The notes below the pieces were generated by a model. The model was given only the letters and a program-made list of their open reading frames with translations, searched no databases and was not told the origin of the DNA. This document shows, one piece after another, positions 36,305 to 50,310 of a DNA stretch of 64,000 nucleotides. The stretch is taken from NCBI GenBank assembly GCA_964016885.1, contig OZ024741.1, positions 133,176,001 through 133,240,000 of the forward strand, given 5' to 3'. This DNA comes from Eledone cirrhosa (taxonomy: Eukaryota). Every line of letters starts with the position of its first letter. Position 1 is the stretch's first letter. A program made the position numbers and the translations under genes.

Positions 36305-36890
36305 GTCAGGTCACCAGTTGGTGCTACTGGTAACATGTATCCCAGTACAACCTGTCTCATGGTCGGATCGTTGGCGACTAAACTGGCAACCCCACCAAGG
36401 TTTCTTGGTGAGGAGGGTGACTTTGGACATCCCGCAGGACTAAAAACAAAACCTGCCAAAGGGCAAAGGAGCTCTTAAGAGTCAATGGCCATCCAAAATC
36501 ACCGGGAGAGATGACCCCTTAGCCTTTGTCAAGGCAGAATTCTAGGAGAAGGAAAACTCTGATATAACACCTGCAACTCTGATGGTATCCAATGATGTTG
36601 ACTTGTTCTTCTTTTTGGTGGGACTGGCTTTGTGCAGTGCCTTTGCTCACTATAAAAGCTTCACGGCACAGGCATTGCTTTATATCTGGAGATCTCTCTG
36701 CACTTGTCGTCACATGGTACCATGGGCCCAGCACTATGTGTCAATAATTTTCACAAGTGTAGTGTTTGTACCAGAGTTTTCAAGTCGCTGGCTGGACTAA
36801 AAAGTCACACTCCTTCAGCGCATTGGTAGGAGTTCTCCTACATGGATATAAAGTAGTGGCCGTACTCGAAAACGAGTTGGCAGCCACCAT
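36305..36890 (+). mobile_element. Non-autonomous RTE-dependent retroelement, copy 2
   Basis: Matches 10757-11365; (TATG)n on both sides. Confidence 0.85.
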
Positions 36891-36989
36891 GTATGTATGT
36901 ATGTATGTATGTGTGTGTGTATATATATATATATATAGCATGAGTTGTTTACATATATATATGGGGTGGAGAGGACTCTTGAGTCCAAT

Positions 36990-39900
36990 GAGACAACTTC
37001 TCTAGTGCTGGTTGCACAAATAATGCACCTAGTTCATGCTGTAAAGCGGTTGGTGATAGGAAGGGCATCTAGCCATAAAAATCCTTTCAAAATTATGGGA
37101 AGCACAACAAATAAGACCAACACTAACTGTGAAAATAGGGCTAACATTAGTCATGTTTGTGCTGTGCACAGTAGTGGGGTGACTAGAGTAGCCATGTGCG
37201 AGAACCCCTCAATCGTCATCAAGCAGTTGCACAGACTTTTTACCTTCCAGGTACATAGAACTTCTATTCAAGGAAGTAACAACTATCAAGGTACAAATCT
37301 CAGGATTGCCACCCTAAATGCTGGCACTCTGAGAGATAAATCAGGGAAAATTGTGGAGCTGTTAGAGAGGAAAGAAGTGGGTGTATATTGTGTATATGAG
37401 ATGAGATGGAGAGGTGCCTCAGCGAGAATATTCACAGGTAAATAATATAGATGCAAACTTTTCTGGGTAGGAAATACTGATGAGGTAGGTGGGGTAGGCA
37501 CTCTGCTAGCTGAGAAATGGATAGACAAAGTGATAAAGGTAGTTAGAGAAAGTGACAAATTTATCAAGCTTAGAAAATCTGTAGGAAACAGAATGGTGAT
37601 AATCACATCTTCCTATGCACCACAGGCAGGACTGAGTAAAGTGTTGTATATTGAACTTGAATTGAGTGTTATCCAACAAGTGCTGTGTAATTGTTTAATT
37701 ATTTAACGACAGCCAATCATGTCATGATCTCATGTTTCAAGCATGCTCCTGTTTTTTGCATATATATTATGCTTCAGCTTAACAGGGGTACACAACCTTA
37801 TCCAACAGGTTCGAAGTACACTCTGACAGCTCTGACGGTTTGAGGAGTATTCAATTCCTTCTGTCACCAATGAATTACATTCAGTGTTATTATTGTTACA
37901 TCTTCGCTTCAGTTCAACAGTTCTTCAGTTCTACTATTTATTATGCTTCATTGTGTCGGAATAGAAATTTGTAATTTACTGTTCTTTGTTCAGTTACCTA
38001 TGCATATAATTTAAGGAAATAAACAAGATACAACATAAAAAATAAAATGACAGGTTCTATGAGGAACTTTTACAGACAACTACAGGTATTGATGAAAGAG
38101 ACCTCATCATCCTTGCAGGCGACTTCGATAAACATGTTGGACAGTACCAGGACAGATTCATAGGAATTAACAGCGGTTATGGCTATGGCTCAAGAAATAA
38201 AGAGTGAATGAAGCTCCTGGAATTCTGTGACACAAATAAACTAACGATTTGCAACACAAATTTCAGGAAACCAGCCAGCCAGTCATTTGATCACATATCA
38301 ATCAGGTGAACACACAAGCCAAATTGATTCCTTACTTATAAGACAAGATAAACAGATTGTAATAAATACTAAGGTCTTCCCTGGGGAAGAATGTGCCACC
38401 CAATAAAAGTTGGTTGTTAGTGACATGAGAATAGACACAAGATAGAACAAGATATGCAGGAAAATATGTAGACAGAAGGTTTGGAAGCTAAAGGACCATT
38501 CAGTTAAATATAGATTTAGAAAGCCACTACAGGATGCATTTGATGAGAGGGATAACATGCTAGATATATATAGTATAGAGGACAATTAAGAATTTTTGCA
38601 TGACAACCTTCTGTGAACTACTGATGAGGCTTGTGGCTGGAGTAAAGCATCAGCCAGAGGGTTACCTTGTGGTGGAACAGTAGTGGATAGAGCCATTAAA
38701 GCCAAGAGACAGACATGGAAAGACTGGGAAAATGGGGGTAGCAGAGACCAGTAGCAGGTAGATAAAAGAGAAGCTAGATGACCGGTATACACAGCTTGGA
38801 GAGAGGCTGATAAAAGAAAGTTTGCCAATGTCTTGAGACATGAGGATCAAAGACGTGAAGTGTTCTGCATTGCAAGGCTGTGTGTCAGTGTAAATCAGGT
38901 TGTTGTTGCGAAAAAGTGTGATGGAAATGATGCTGGTGCACTTAGCCCCACTGATGCTCAAAAGAAAGATGCCTGGAAATGTTTCTATAAGAGACTGATG
39001 ATTGTAGAAAATGAATGGGAAGAGGAGAGACTACACCCAACTTAACCAACAGAAGAATCAGCTATTGAAGTTGGCAATTATCAGGTCAAAGAAGCAATCA
39101 AGAAGATGAAGAATGGTAAAGCTGCGAGACTATCAAAGATAGTTGCTGAGATGCTAAAAGCATCAGGAGAAGTAGGAGTTGAGCTAGTAACCGACATAGT
39201 CAATCAGGTAATACAGGATGGTGTCATACCCAATGACTGGTGCAGCAGAACAATCATAAATTGCTACAAGGGCAAAGGTGATGCTCTAGAACGGAGCAAC
39301 TATGGAGGAATAAAACTAATGGATCAAGTTATGAAAGTGACAGAAAGAGTTATAGCACAGCTAATTGGGGAAAGAATCAAATTAGATGAGATACAGTTTG
39401 GTTTCATGTCTGGGAAAAGTACTACAGTTGCCCTCTTTTTAGTGAGAGAAGTTCCTAGCCAAGGATAAGCCACTATATTTAGCTTTTGTTGATCTAGAAA
39501 AGACCTTTGACAGAGTGCCTCAATCAATTATCTGGTGGTCCTTAAGGAAATTAGATGTAGAAGAGTGGCTTGTGAAAGTGGTGCAAGCCAGGTACAGCGG
39601 TGTGGTCAGTAAAGTAAGAGTAGGAAGGGAGTTTAGTGAGGAATTCAAGGTACAGATAGGAGTTCACCAAGGTTCATTTCTTAGCCCACTGCTATTTTTA
39701 TCATAGTTCTCCAGGCCATAACAGAGGAGTTTAAGACTGACTGTCCATGGGAACTTCCCTATGCAAATGATCTGGTTCTTATTGCTGAATCCATAAAAGA
39801 ACTAGAGAATAAATTCTGACTGTGGAACATAATTTGGAATCAAAAGGTCTGTGAGTAGACATTGCCAAAACTAAAGTGTTATTAAGTAGAAAAGAAGATA

Positions 39901-40760
39901 AAACCCTGATTCCCTCAGTGAAGTGGCTCTACTCAATACGTAGAAAAGGAATAGGCATAAACTCTATAAGATGTACACAATGTAAATCTTGGGTACACAA
40001 GAGGAGATGTAGTGGGATAACAGGTAGACTAACAGGAAGGAAAGACTTTATATGTAGAAGGTGCACAGGGGTAATCGAGGGGGGAAAAATCAGTTATATA
40101 AACCTTTTCCAGTCACAGGAAATCCATAGAAGTGATTGATAGCTTATGCTAACTAGATGACTTAACTAATAGCAGAGGAGTGTGCTCTGAGAGCATAATA
40201 GCTAGAATAAGGATACAACAGAAAAAGTTTAGGGAGCTACTCCCTCTGTTGACAACAAATGTTTTCTTCTTACATACAAAAGGTGACTGTATGACACCTG
40301 TGTGCAAAGTATGATGCTGTATGGTAGTGAAACATGGGCTGTGACTACAGAGAACATGAATAAACTGGAGAGAAATGAAGCAACCCTGTTCCATTGGATG
40401 TGCAATGTAAATGTGAGAGAAGGGCAGAGCTTGGATGAACTGAGAGAGAAACTGGGTTTAAGAGGAATCTGAAGTAGTGTGCAAGAGAGAAGACTGTGTT
40501 GGTATAGACATATGATGCACATGGATGATGATCACTGGGTGAAGAAGTGCCAGGAAATCCCAGTAGAAGGAAGCCGCGTAGTAGAGGTAGACCAAGAAAA
40601 ACCTGGGCAGTGGTGGTGAGAGCTGATCTCACATCACTGAGACTCACAGAGAAGATGACAAAGGAATATTGTGAGTGGAGTGATGTTGAAAAGGACCCAT
40701 CCAACCCATGCAAGTGTGGAAAAACGAACATAAAAACGACAATCATGATGATGATGATGA
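36990..40760 (+). mobile_element. Old near full-length PHD-RTE LINE (many stops), interrupted by a solo LTR
   Basis: IATLNAGTL, EMRWRG, YAPQAG, AGDF, NCYKGKGDALE, QFGF, PWEL.YAND; (GAT)n tail. Confidence 0.9.
37642..38035 (+). mobile_element. Solo LTR (394 bp)
   Basis: TGTTGTAT...ATACAACA termini, 5-bp TSD taaag/taaaa (1 mismatch), AATAAA near the 3' end; RTE sequence resumes on both sides. Confidence 0.75.
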
Positions 40761-40839
40761 TATATATACATATATACATCCTTCCCTGGCGAGGAATGCA
40801 CCTCCCAACATAACCTAGTAGTTAGCGACTTCATTGTTA

Positions 40840-43800
40840 AGGGGGTGGTGGGGATGGGGTGGAGGTAGTGGGACAGGGTGTATTTTTGTTAGAGGTGCCT
40901 GCTGACTGTAGGTTTCGCTTTGTACTTAGGCAAGGCGGGTCTTCTGTATTACTGTGTGGCGCCAAAGATCTCGGTCCAGTGACATTGTCTTGGAGAGGTG
41001 TAAGTGTGTGAGGTCGGAATTTATCAAGTCGTCCCAGGTTTTTCTGGGTCTGCCTACTCCGTGGCTACCGTCTGTTTTTATCGCCTTGCACTTTTTTATA
41101 CAGCTGTCGTCTTCCATGCGCATCACGTGACCATACCAACGTAGTCTTCTCTCGAGTAAACAACATCTGATCCCTCTTATTCCTAATTTCTCCCTTAGTT
41201 CGTTTATGCTTTGCCGTTCACGTATATTACTATTACACATCCAGCGGAGCATGCAAGCTTCGTTCCTCTCCAGTCTGCGTATATCCTCTGCACACAATGC
41301 CCAGGTCTCACTGCCATGTAACATTGCTGTTCGTATGCAGGTATCATACAGCCTGCCTTTCATTTTTAGAGAGAACTTTTTAGCGGCCAATAGTGGTATA
41401 AGCTCTCTGAACTTTTTCCATCCCGTTCTGACTCTAGCTACTGTACTTTCAGAGCACCCACCCCCACTACTGATTTTGTCACCCAGGTAACGGAAGCTGT
41501 CCACTATTTCTATAGAATCATCTGTGCAATGGAATGAGCTAGTATTTTGTGGGCACTTGCTGCTACTTATTGCACCAGAGCACCGGCCGCATATAAAATC
41601 TATATTCTTAGTTAGCTTACCTGTGATCCCACTACATCTTTTTTGCACCCATACTTTGCATTTGGGACATAAAATTGAGTTTCTGCCTACTCATTTCCTA
41701 CACACTGAGTATGACCATTTCCCAGATGGGACCAGTGCCCTATTTTCCTTCCTACAAACTAGAACTTTAGTCTTAGACAAGTTAACTTTAAGGCCTTTTG
41801 ATTCTAGGCCATGCTTCCATGTTTGGAATTTCTTCTCTAGTTCAGCCATTGATTCAGCTATGAGCGTTAGATCATCTGCGTATAGGTGTTCCTATGGGCA
41901 GCCGGTCTTGAACTCCTCTGTTATAGCCTGAAGGGCAATAATAAATAGGAGGGAGCTAAGGACAGAGCTCTGATGAACACCAACTTTTACGCTAAACTCT
42001 TCACTATATTCGTTGTTAATTCTAACCTTGCTGACTGTTTCTTTATACATGGCTTGTATAGCTCTCACAAGCCATTCATCAACACCTAGTTTTCTAAGAG
42101 CCCACCAGATAATGGAGCAGTGGACTCTGTCAAAGGCTTTCTCCAAGTCGACAAAAGCTAAGTATAGGGGTTTACTTTTAGCTAGGTTCTTCTCCTGTAG
42201 TTGTCGTACAATGAAAAGAGCGTCTGTGGTACTTTTACCTGACACAAACCCGAACTGCATTTCATCTAGATCAATTCGCTCTCTGATTAGTTGCGCTATT
42301 ACTTTTTCTGTGACCTTCATGACCTGGTCGATTAATTTAATGCCTCTATAGTTACCCCTATCTAGGGCATCTCCTTTACCCTTGTAGCAGTTAATGATGA
42401 TGCTGCTACGCCAGTCCTTCGGAACAACCCCATTCTGTATGACTTGGTTTACTATCCGGGTGACCATAGTGTGTCCCACCGTTCCAGATGCTTTCAGCAT
42501 TTCAGCAACTATTTCCGAAGGCCCAGCCGCCTTACCCGTCTTCATATCTTTGATTGCCTTACTTATTATACTACCTTCAACTAGCACTGCTGGTCCCTCT
42601 ATTGGATCGATGTGGGGGAGACTGTCTTTCTCCCATTTATTCTCCTCATTTAGTAGCCTTTCATAGTGGCACTTCCAAGCTACCTTCTTATCAGCGTCAG
42701 TGATGGCAAGTACACCATCATCATTAAGGACACACTTCTCCCCGACAATATCACTGTTTTCCTTGACACATTGCCTAGCAATCCTGAACACCTCACGTTT
42801 TTGGTCCTCGCGTTGTAGAACATGCTTGAACTTTCTTTCCTCTGCTTCCCTTCTTGCGAAGTACACTTGTCTCCTAGCTTCCCTCCTGGCCACTTGATAG
42901 TCTTCTCTACTTCCCCCATCCCGCCATACTTTCCAAGCCTGCTTTTTGGCCTTAATTGACTCCTCCACCTTACTGTTCCACCACCACGTTACTTTCCTCC
43001 TGCCTATAGGCCTGCTCCAGTCACAGACATCATCTGCTGCCTTCAGCAGGTTAGCTTTCAGGAATTCCCACTGTTCCTCTATATTGTACGCCTCTAATTG
43101 CTCTTCCTTACTGTCAAAAGCATTAAGTAATATGCTTTTAAATTTGTTACTGGCTGTGGAGTCCTTTAGCTTCCATATTTTTCTCCTGAAGATAGTCCTC
43201 CTCTGTTGTCGAGTACGTCTTGTCCTGACTACGAGGTCGCTGACTATGGGGCTATGTTGGGAGGTGCATTCTTCGTGGGGGAGGGATTTAGTGTTTACGA
43301 CAGACACTCTATCACGTCTTCTTGTAAGGATGTAATCTATCTGACTGGCGTGTTCCTCTGATCTGTAGGTGATCAAGTGATTGTCTCGTTTTTTTAAGTT
43401 AGTGTTACAGACAGTTAGGTTATTTGCGTCACATAATTCCAGGATTCTGGCGCCTTCCTCATTTCTAGTACCAAACCCATAGCCTCCATGGATTCCGTCA
43501 TAGCCATCACAATGTTGTCCAACGTGACCATTTAGGTCACCAGCAATAATTATGTAGTCACTGTCGGTTATTTGGGAGGTCGTGAGCATCAATGTCTCAT
43601 AGAATCTGTCTTTTATAACACCAGGCAGTCCGGATTGGGGTGCATACGCAGATATTACTGTCACAGTAGTTCTATTTAGGACAAGTCTTATTTTAATTAT
43701 TCTGTCATTCACTCTATTTACGTCTATTATCTTATCTACCCAATTTTCTGCTAACATGATTCCTAGCCCATTGTCATTTCCCACCCAGAAAAGCTTATAG

Positions 43801-44290
43801 CATCGTTTTTTACCCACAATGAATCTAGCAGACCCACCCCTCCACCTGGTCTCTTGGATACAGCAAACATCAACCTCCTTACGTTCAAGCATTTCTACAA
43901 CCTCGTTAGAGCGACCTTTTAAGGTGCCTACATTCATGGTACCAACTCTGAAGTTTTGGATTGCGTTTGGTGGGTGGAAACAGTGGGGCGCGGGGAGGGG
44001 GGAGGGGGCTGGGGTTGGGGTTATGTTGGCCATCCGTGGCCGAAACAAAGAGGAGGAGGAGTCCTTGCCTTTTCGTTCGGCAGCATGAGGTGAATTTGTC
44101 TTTATCTTTGGCATTGTCACTGAGTGTCCAGATTTTTTTCAGACTCTCCAGAATTCCCTAGTCCATCCATCATATCGAAAGGCAACCAGAAGAAGTGATA
44201 GCATAGGCCGCTGACTTATGATTGGTCGAAATAATAATAATGGTGGTGAGTGGGGGCGGGTGGGAGGGGTATGGGGTAGTTAGCGAGAAG
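40840..44290 (-). mobile_element. Best-preserved PHD-RTE LINE copy (5'UTR to partial 3'UTR)
   Basis: 742-aa ORF 41892-44120 (APE + RT N-half), stop at the PW codon, continuing to 40926; distal 3'UTR and tail missing. Confidence 0.96.
40926..44120 (-). pseudogene. RTE APE-RT-PHD polyprotein pseudogene
   Basis: VGTMNVGTL, IQETRW, AGDLNGH, QIDYIL, SQH, NYRGI, QFGF, DLEKAFD, YADD; premature stop at 41892. Confidence 0.9.
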
Positions 44291-44299
44291 GTTTAAATG

Positions 44300-44810
44300 A
44301 AATCTTCGAAATTTGGGCATAATTGGACAAGCATATAACAGTAATAAGCGAATAATATTTATTTTAAATAAAATCCTCGAAATTTGGGCATAATTGGACA
44401 AGCGTATAATAGTAATAAGCGAATAATATTTAGAACAACCTGACAGAATTATAGAATAGCATTGAGATGGACCGTGAAATGGAGAGACAAGAAAAGAAAA
44501 TGGCATTTTACATTACATTTCCCAGGGGAACGAACAGTGTGACCATTAATAAGATTTGACAAATTCTGAGATTCATACCTCGTAACAGGTTTATTTTATA
44601 TTTGGTGAGAGAGGAGGGGTAGTAAAGATTAGGAGAGGCAAGGAGGCCATTTTATAAATCCTAGGATTTTCGGCCAAAATTAAATGAACGAGATCGAGAT
44701 TGTTATTTTAGAAAAACAAACGAGGTTTAAATAAAATCCTCGAAATTTGGGCATAATTGGGCAAGCATATAACAGTAATAAGCGAATAATATTTAGTTTA
44801 AATAAAATCA
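44300..44810. repeat. ~70-bp repeat in three copies upstream of the RTE 5'UTR
   Basis: aaatcctcgaaatttgggcataattggacaagc.tataa.agtaataagcgaataat at ~44300, ~44370 and ~44733. Confidence 0.8.
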
Positions 44811-47222
44811 TGGAAGTCAAAAGAGCTCTCAGCTAATAACAAATTCAGAGGTATTTTGCTTGATGGTTACAACAGTAAGAAAGAACGAAATACAGAAATT
44901 CAATATAGAAGAGCATTGGGAGTTCCTGAAAGATAATCTGCTGTAGGCAACAAATGAGATCTGTGGATGGAGCAGGGCTACAGAGAGAAGTAGAGTGACT
45001 TGGTGGTGGAACAGTAAGGCAGATGAAACAATTAAGGCCAAGAGAAGGCATGGAAAAAATGGAAAAAATGGGGAAAGCAGGGTACACTACCCGGAGGCCA
45101 GGGGGGATGCTAGGCGACAAGTATACTTTGCAAGTAGGGAAGCAGAAGTTACAAAATTTAAGCATGTTTTGCAGTGTGAAGACCAGAGGTGTGAGGTGTT
45201 CAGGATTGTGAGGTAGTGTGTTAGGGAAAATTGTGATGTCATTGGAGAGAAGTGTATCTGTGATTATAAAGGCGCACTTGCCCTCATAGACACTGAAAAG
45301 AAAGCAGCATGGAAGAGCCATTATGAAAGATTACTGAATGAGAATGCAATAGAGGGCCTAGCCGTACAAGTCAGCAGCAGCATAGTAAGTAAGGCAATTA
45401 AGGATATGAAGACAGGGAAAGCAGCCAGTCCATCGAGGATAGTTGCTGAGATGATGGAAGCATCTGGGTCAGTGGATGACACCATAACCACTCGTACTGT
45501 AAACCAAGTAACACTAAATGGTGTTATACCAAATAATTTGTTGATCTGGAGAAAGCTTTTCACAGAGTCCCTCATGCCATAATCTGGTGGGCTCTTAGAA
45601 AACTAGGAGTAGATGAGTGGCTTGTGAAGGCTGTACAAAGCATGTATAGTGGAGCAGTCAGCAAAGTTAGGATTAACAATGACTATAGTGAGGAATTTAG
45701 ATGCAGGTATGTGTCCACTAGGGCTCTCTCCTTAGCCCTCTCCTGTTTATTATCGTCCTGCAGGCTATAACAAAGGAGTTTAAGACTGGCTGCCCATGGG
45801 AACTCCTGTATGCAGATTATCTCACAATTATAGCTGAATCTATGGCAGAATTAGAGAAGAAATTCCAAACCTGGAAGCATGGGTCTTAGAGTCAACCTGA
45901 AACAAAAGGTCTTAAAGTCAACCTGACAAAGACTAAGGTAAGTAGAAGGGAAAACAGAGCCCTGATGCCCTTGGGGAAATGCCCTTGCTCAGTGTGTAGG
46001 AAAGATGTATGTAAAAATTCTATCCTCTGTCCCAAATGCAAACTTTGGGTACACAAGCGATGTAGTGGGATCCCAGGTAGCTTAACTAAGAACGTAGGTT
46101 TGCCCCAGAGCAGTAAGTGGCAAATGCCCACAGGAAACAAGCGGTATCAAATTTTTGGAAGGTTCTGTAGAAGCAGTAGACAGCTTTTGCTACCTGGGTG
46201 ACCAAATTAGCAGTGGAGGTGGGTGTTCTGAAAGTACAGTGGCTAGAATGAGCAGAGGATGGAAGAAGTTCAGGGAGCTACTACCACTGCTAGCTAAAAA
46301 AAGCTTTTCCCTCAAAATGAAGGGCAGATTGTATGATGCGTGTATACGAACTGCAATGCTGTATGGATGGTGAGACTTGGGTCTGTGTGCAGAGGATGTG
46401 TAAAGATTCGAAAGAAATGAAGCTGGCATGCTTCAATGGATGTGTAATAGTAATATATATGAATGACAAAGCATAAATGAACTGAAAGAGAAACCAGGCA
46501 TAAGAGGGATCAGATGCAGTGTGCAGGAGAGGAGAATGTATTGATATGGACATGTGATATCTATGAAGGATGACAGCTGTATAAAAAGGTGCAGGGCGCT
46601 CAAAATTGATGGAAGCTATGGTGTAGGAAGACTTGGGGTGAGGTGTTAAAATCTGACCTCGCACAATTGCACCTCTCACAGATGATGACACAAGACTGAG
46701 ACCTCTGGCATCATGCAGTAATACAGAAGACCTGCCTTCCCATGAGCACAGGCTGAAGTATACATCTAGTATAGACCACCTTCACCTCCATCCCCCTTCC
46801 ATGCACCTCCCACCTCTTAACGCCCCACCCATGTCCTAACACTCTGCCTCTCACATATGCCACTATATCTACCTCCACAATCCCCACACACCTCCCCCAC
46901 CAAAGTCTCCAGCCCGCACTGTAAAGTAGTCATGATGGTGACATGTCAAAAAGCACCCAGCCCACTCTATAAAGTGGTTGTGTTGGTGACATGACAAAAA
47001 GTGCCCTGTCCACACTGTAAAGTGTGTCACGACAAAAAGCACCCAATACACACTGTAAATGTGGTTGGCATTAGGAAAGGCATCCAGCAATAGAAACCAA
47101 CCAAAATCAGTTCTGTGTGAGTAAGACGTGGTCATCTGACCTGGCTTGTCTCACAACAGGACAGCTTGTCTAACCCATGCTACCATGAAAAAAATGGATG
47201 TTAAATGGTGATGATGATGATG
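44810..47222 (+). mobile_element. Degraded PHD-RTE LINE (3' two-thirds)
   Basis: TWWWNSK, CSVCRK..CPKCKLWVHKRC, DSFCYLGDQIS; (GAT)n tail. Confidence 0.9.
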
Positions 47223-47741
47223 ACTGACTCTCTCTCTCTCACTCTCTCTCTTTCTCCCCTCCCCCTCTCTCTTTCCTAAAACTTAACACATGTGCTTTTT
47301 CTTTTAAAAAAAATTTTTATTTCTTCCTCTTCTCACTTCCCTCTATTGTAACAATACTTAAACTCAAAGATTTGAACATTTCATATTGAATTAAAATACC
47401 AAATAGACTAAAAAGAACTTTATTTTTTATTAAAAATAAATAAACCTTCATGTTGAAACAAACCTAAATTTATAACAAATGAATTCCTTTAACTAAAGGA
47501 TTAGTTTCATGCTGTTTTGTAATACACCCCTAACTTATATCCTGGAGCAAGTTTTATATCTATTAGTTGTTTTGTATGTCAACTTGCTATTCTAATTACA
47601 TATGAAAGCTGTGAGAAATTAAACAATATAAATTCCTTAGTTAACATATGCTGTCTAAAAATCTCATCATATTTTCCTAATACTTATATTTTGAATTATT
47701 TTTGTTGACTATTTCATAACAAAGCCAAAGTTTATTTTAAG

Positions 47742-47868
47742 GAAATTTTAGAACCTCACAAATCTTTGAGGCAGATGCCATGACCCAGTGTTTGATATTC
47801 TCTGGGTCTGGAAAGCCTATTTGTAACATTTTAGAGGTGTTTTAAGTCTTTTATCAATCATATACAAC
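47742..47868 (+). other. Putative non-coding exon, copy 2
   Basis: ttttattttaAG ... GTAAGT; homologous to 3576-3695 and its downstream flank. Confidence 0.4.
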
Positions 47869-48477
47869 GTAAGTAGTATTTGACACAAAAAAGTAAACTT
47901 AATGCACAAAATTAGATTTAAAATTACACAAGCAGGGGTCAACTTTACTTCAAAATAATCACTGAAGGTTTGAACACAGAAGGTAGTAGATATATATTCA
48001 GTCCAGTGATCTACTGTTTTGGTGTCAAAGGTGTTACTGTCATAGTTTACAGGTGTCTTAGTATTAAATGTGTAGGTACTGTCATAGTTTTCTCTGTCAA
48101 TAAATAAACAATGTCAAATGTTTTTGTCATGTAAAACTTTCACGTGATAAAATGAAAAATTGTCTATTTGGTTCAGTTGAACATTTATCTATTTAATTAT
48201 CATTTTCATATTGAATTGTTGACATATCTAATTCCAAAAGGATAAAAAAAGCATACAATCTAATTAAGAATATGACTAATTATTATAATTTTCGTTTTCC
48301 TAACAATTATAGCAATTATAGGAGATAATTACAAACCTTTCGATTTTATTTGAAAACATGGTGTAGAGTTTCTCTTTACTTCTTGCAGTGTATACAGATA
48401 TATACACACATAGGTCAAGCATTGTCCCTTTGTTGATGACATCAGACTAGCAGAGTCCTGTCTTGTTTCTTACTTAT

Positions 48478-48810
48478 CAAGACTTTAGTCTTTACTAAGT
48501 TTACTCTGAGATCTTTTGTCTTTAGGCTTTGTTTCCATGTCTGGAATGTTTTCTCAAAATCACCTACTGATTCAACTATAAGTACAAGGTCATCAGTATA
48601 TAGGAGTTTCCAGAAGGAGCTAGTCTTAATCTGCTCTTTTATATCCTGGAGAACTATAATAAATAGGAACAGGCTGAAGATTGAATCTTAATTTATACCA
48701 ATCTACACACTAAATTCCTCACTAAACTTATTGCCTACATTCACTTTACAGACAGCACCTCTGCACGTGGTTTACACTGCTCTCACAAGCCTAGTTTTCT
48801 TAAGGACCAT
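48478..48810 (-). mobile_element. Old RTE RT fragment
   Basis: Minus-strand ELLYTDDLVL, RVNLVKTKV, LRKLG. Confidence 0.7.
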
Positions 48811-49667
48811 AAGTATGACATGGCACTCACCCACTTTAGGTGTGCAGTAATAATGGATAAGAACTGAATTGGCCAACCCAGAAAAACACGGTTTTAGTAT
48901 TAGCTTCTTAACCTCTCTGCACACAGGCATTCAATTTATCTCACTCTTTACCAATTTGATTACACAAAAACATGTTTACACTACATGAAACTATTTCCAT
49001 TTCAATCACACATCTACACATACAATACACGACCAACACACTGCTAAAATGTCCATTAAATATATATATACAAGCTATCAAAGTGGTGGGTAATTTGAAA
49101 TTCTTTTAGTTGCCTAGGTAGAACAGCTTCTTCTCCAAATTCAGAGAGCACAGCTCTGATACTACAGACATTTGATCAGAATATCTAAGGAAAGAATCAG
49201 TGGACAGATTTTATGGGTAAAACCAACCAGCAGCAGATCCAGGAGTAAACCATAAACAAGATGGTTGGGGATTGCTTGGGTATCAGCCAGATCAATTGGG
49301 GACACTTGATTCTGAGTTAGACAAATATATATATATATATATATATATGCAAACCTTCAAAGCATTGGGTAATTTGAAATTCTTTTAGAAAATGTAGGAA
49401 TCCCAAATGCAGAAAATAACTGCGTAACAACAGTCAATTGTTATAAATAATAGCTTAGAAAATCGGGTGAAATACCACTATGGATAGAAAATTATATATA
49501 TATACCTATATATATGTATACATATGTATATACATCATCATCATCATCATTTTACGTCCGCTCTTCCCTGCTTACATATATATATAAATAAAGAAGGTGT
49601 GGTAAGATACCAGGTGGACCATAACACACCAGCGTACTCGATACTTAGTGTAGTAGAGTGAGTAATA

Positions 49668-49825
49668 GGAAAAGAGTCAGGGCACCGACGGCTGAGCTCC
49701 AGCCGTTTCGACAGCTAGAACAGTTTGGATCTAGCTGTTGAAACAGCCGGAGCTCAGCCGGAGCTCAACTGGAACTCAGCTGGAACTCAACCGGAGCTCA
49801 GCCATCAGGGTCCTGACTCTTTTCC
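49668..49825. mobile_element. Fold-back MITE (GGAAAAGAG...CTCTTTTCC) flanked by TA
   Basis: Arms complementary almost throughout, plus an internal 11-bp tandem; partial copies at 49842-49932 and 52691-52725. Confidence 0.75.
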
Positions 49826-49960
49826 TATATATATATATATAGCTGAGCTCCGGCCATTTCAACAGCTAGATCGGAACCATTCTAGCTGTCGAAATGGCCG
49901 GGGCTTAGCCATCAGGGTCCTGACTCTTTTCCTATATATATATATATATATATCATTTAT

Positions 49961-50298
49961 TCATCATCATTTCATTTTACGTCCACTTTTTCCCTGCTTG
50001 CAAGGGTGGGACGGGAACTGATTCTGGCTTGATTTCTACAGCTGGATGCCCTTCCTAACACCAACCTCATTTACAGTGAGTGCTGGGTGCTTTTTTACCG
50101 TGGCACCTGCACGACCACTTTGCAGTGGAATGATATGGACCCCAGTCCCTATCATCTCATTTCTACAGCTGAGTAAACTGGAGCAATGTGAAATAAAGTG
50201 TCTTGCTCAAGGAAACAACACATCACCCGGTCTGAGAATTGAACTCACAACCTTTCGATTGCAAGGCCAATGCTCTAACCACTAAGCCATGTGCCTCC
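49961..50298 (-). mobile_element. tRNA-derived CORE-like SINE
   Basis: Reverse complement of 1842-2172. Confidence 0.88.
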
Positions 50299-50310
50299 AT
50301 CTATATATAT

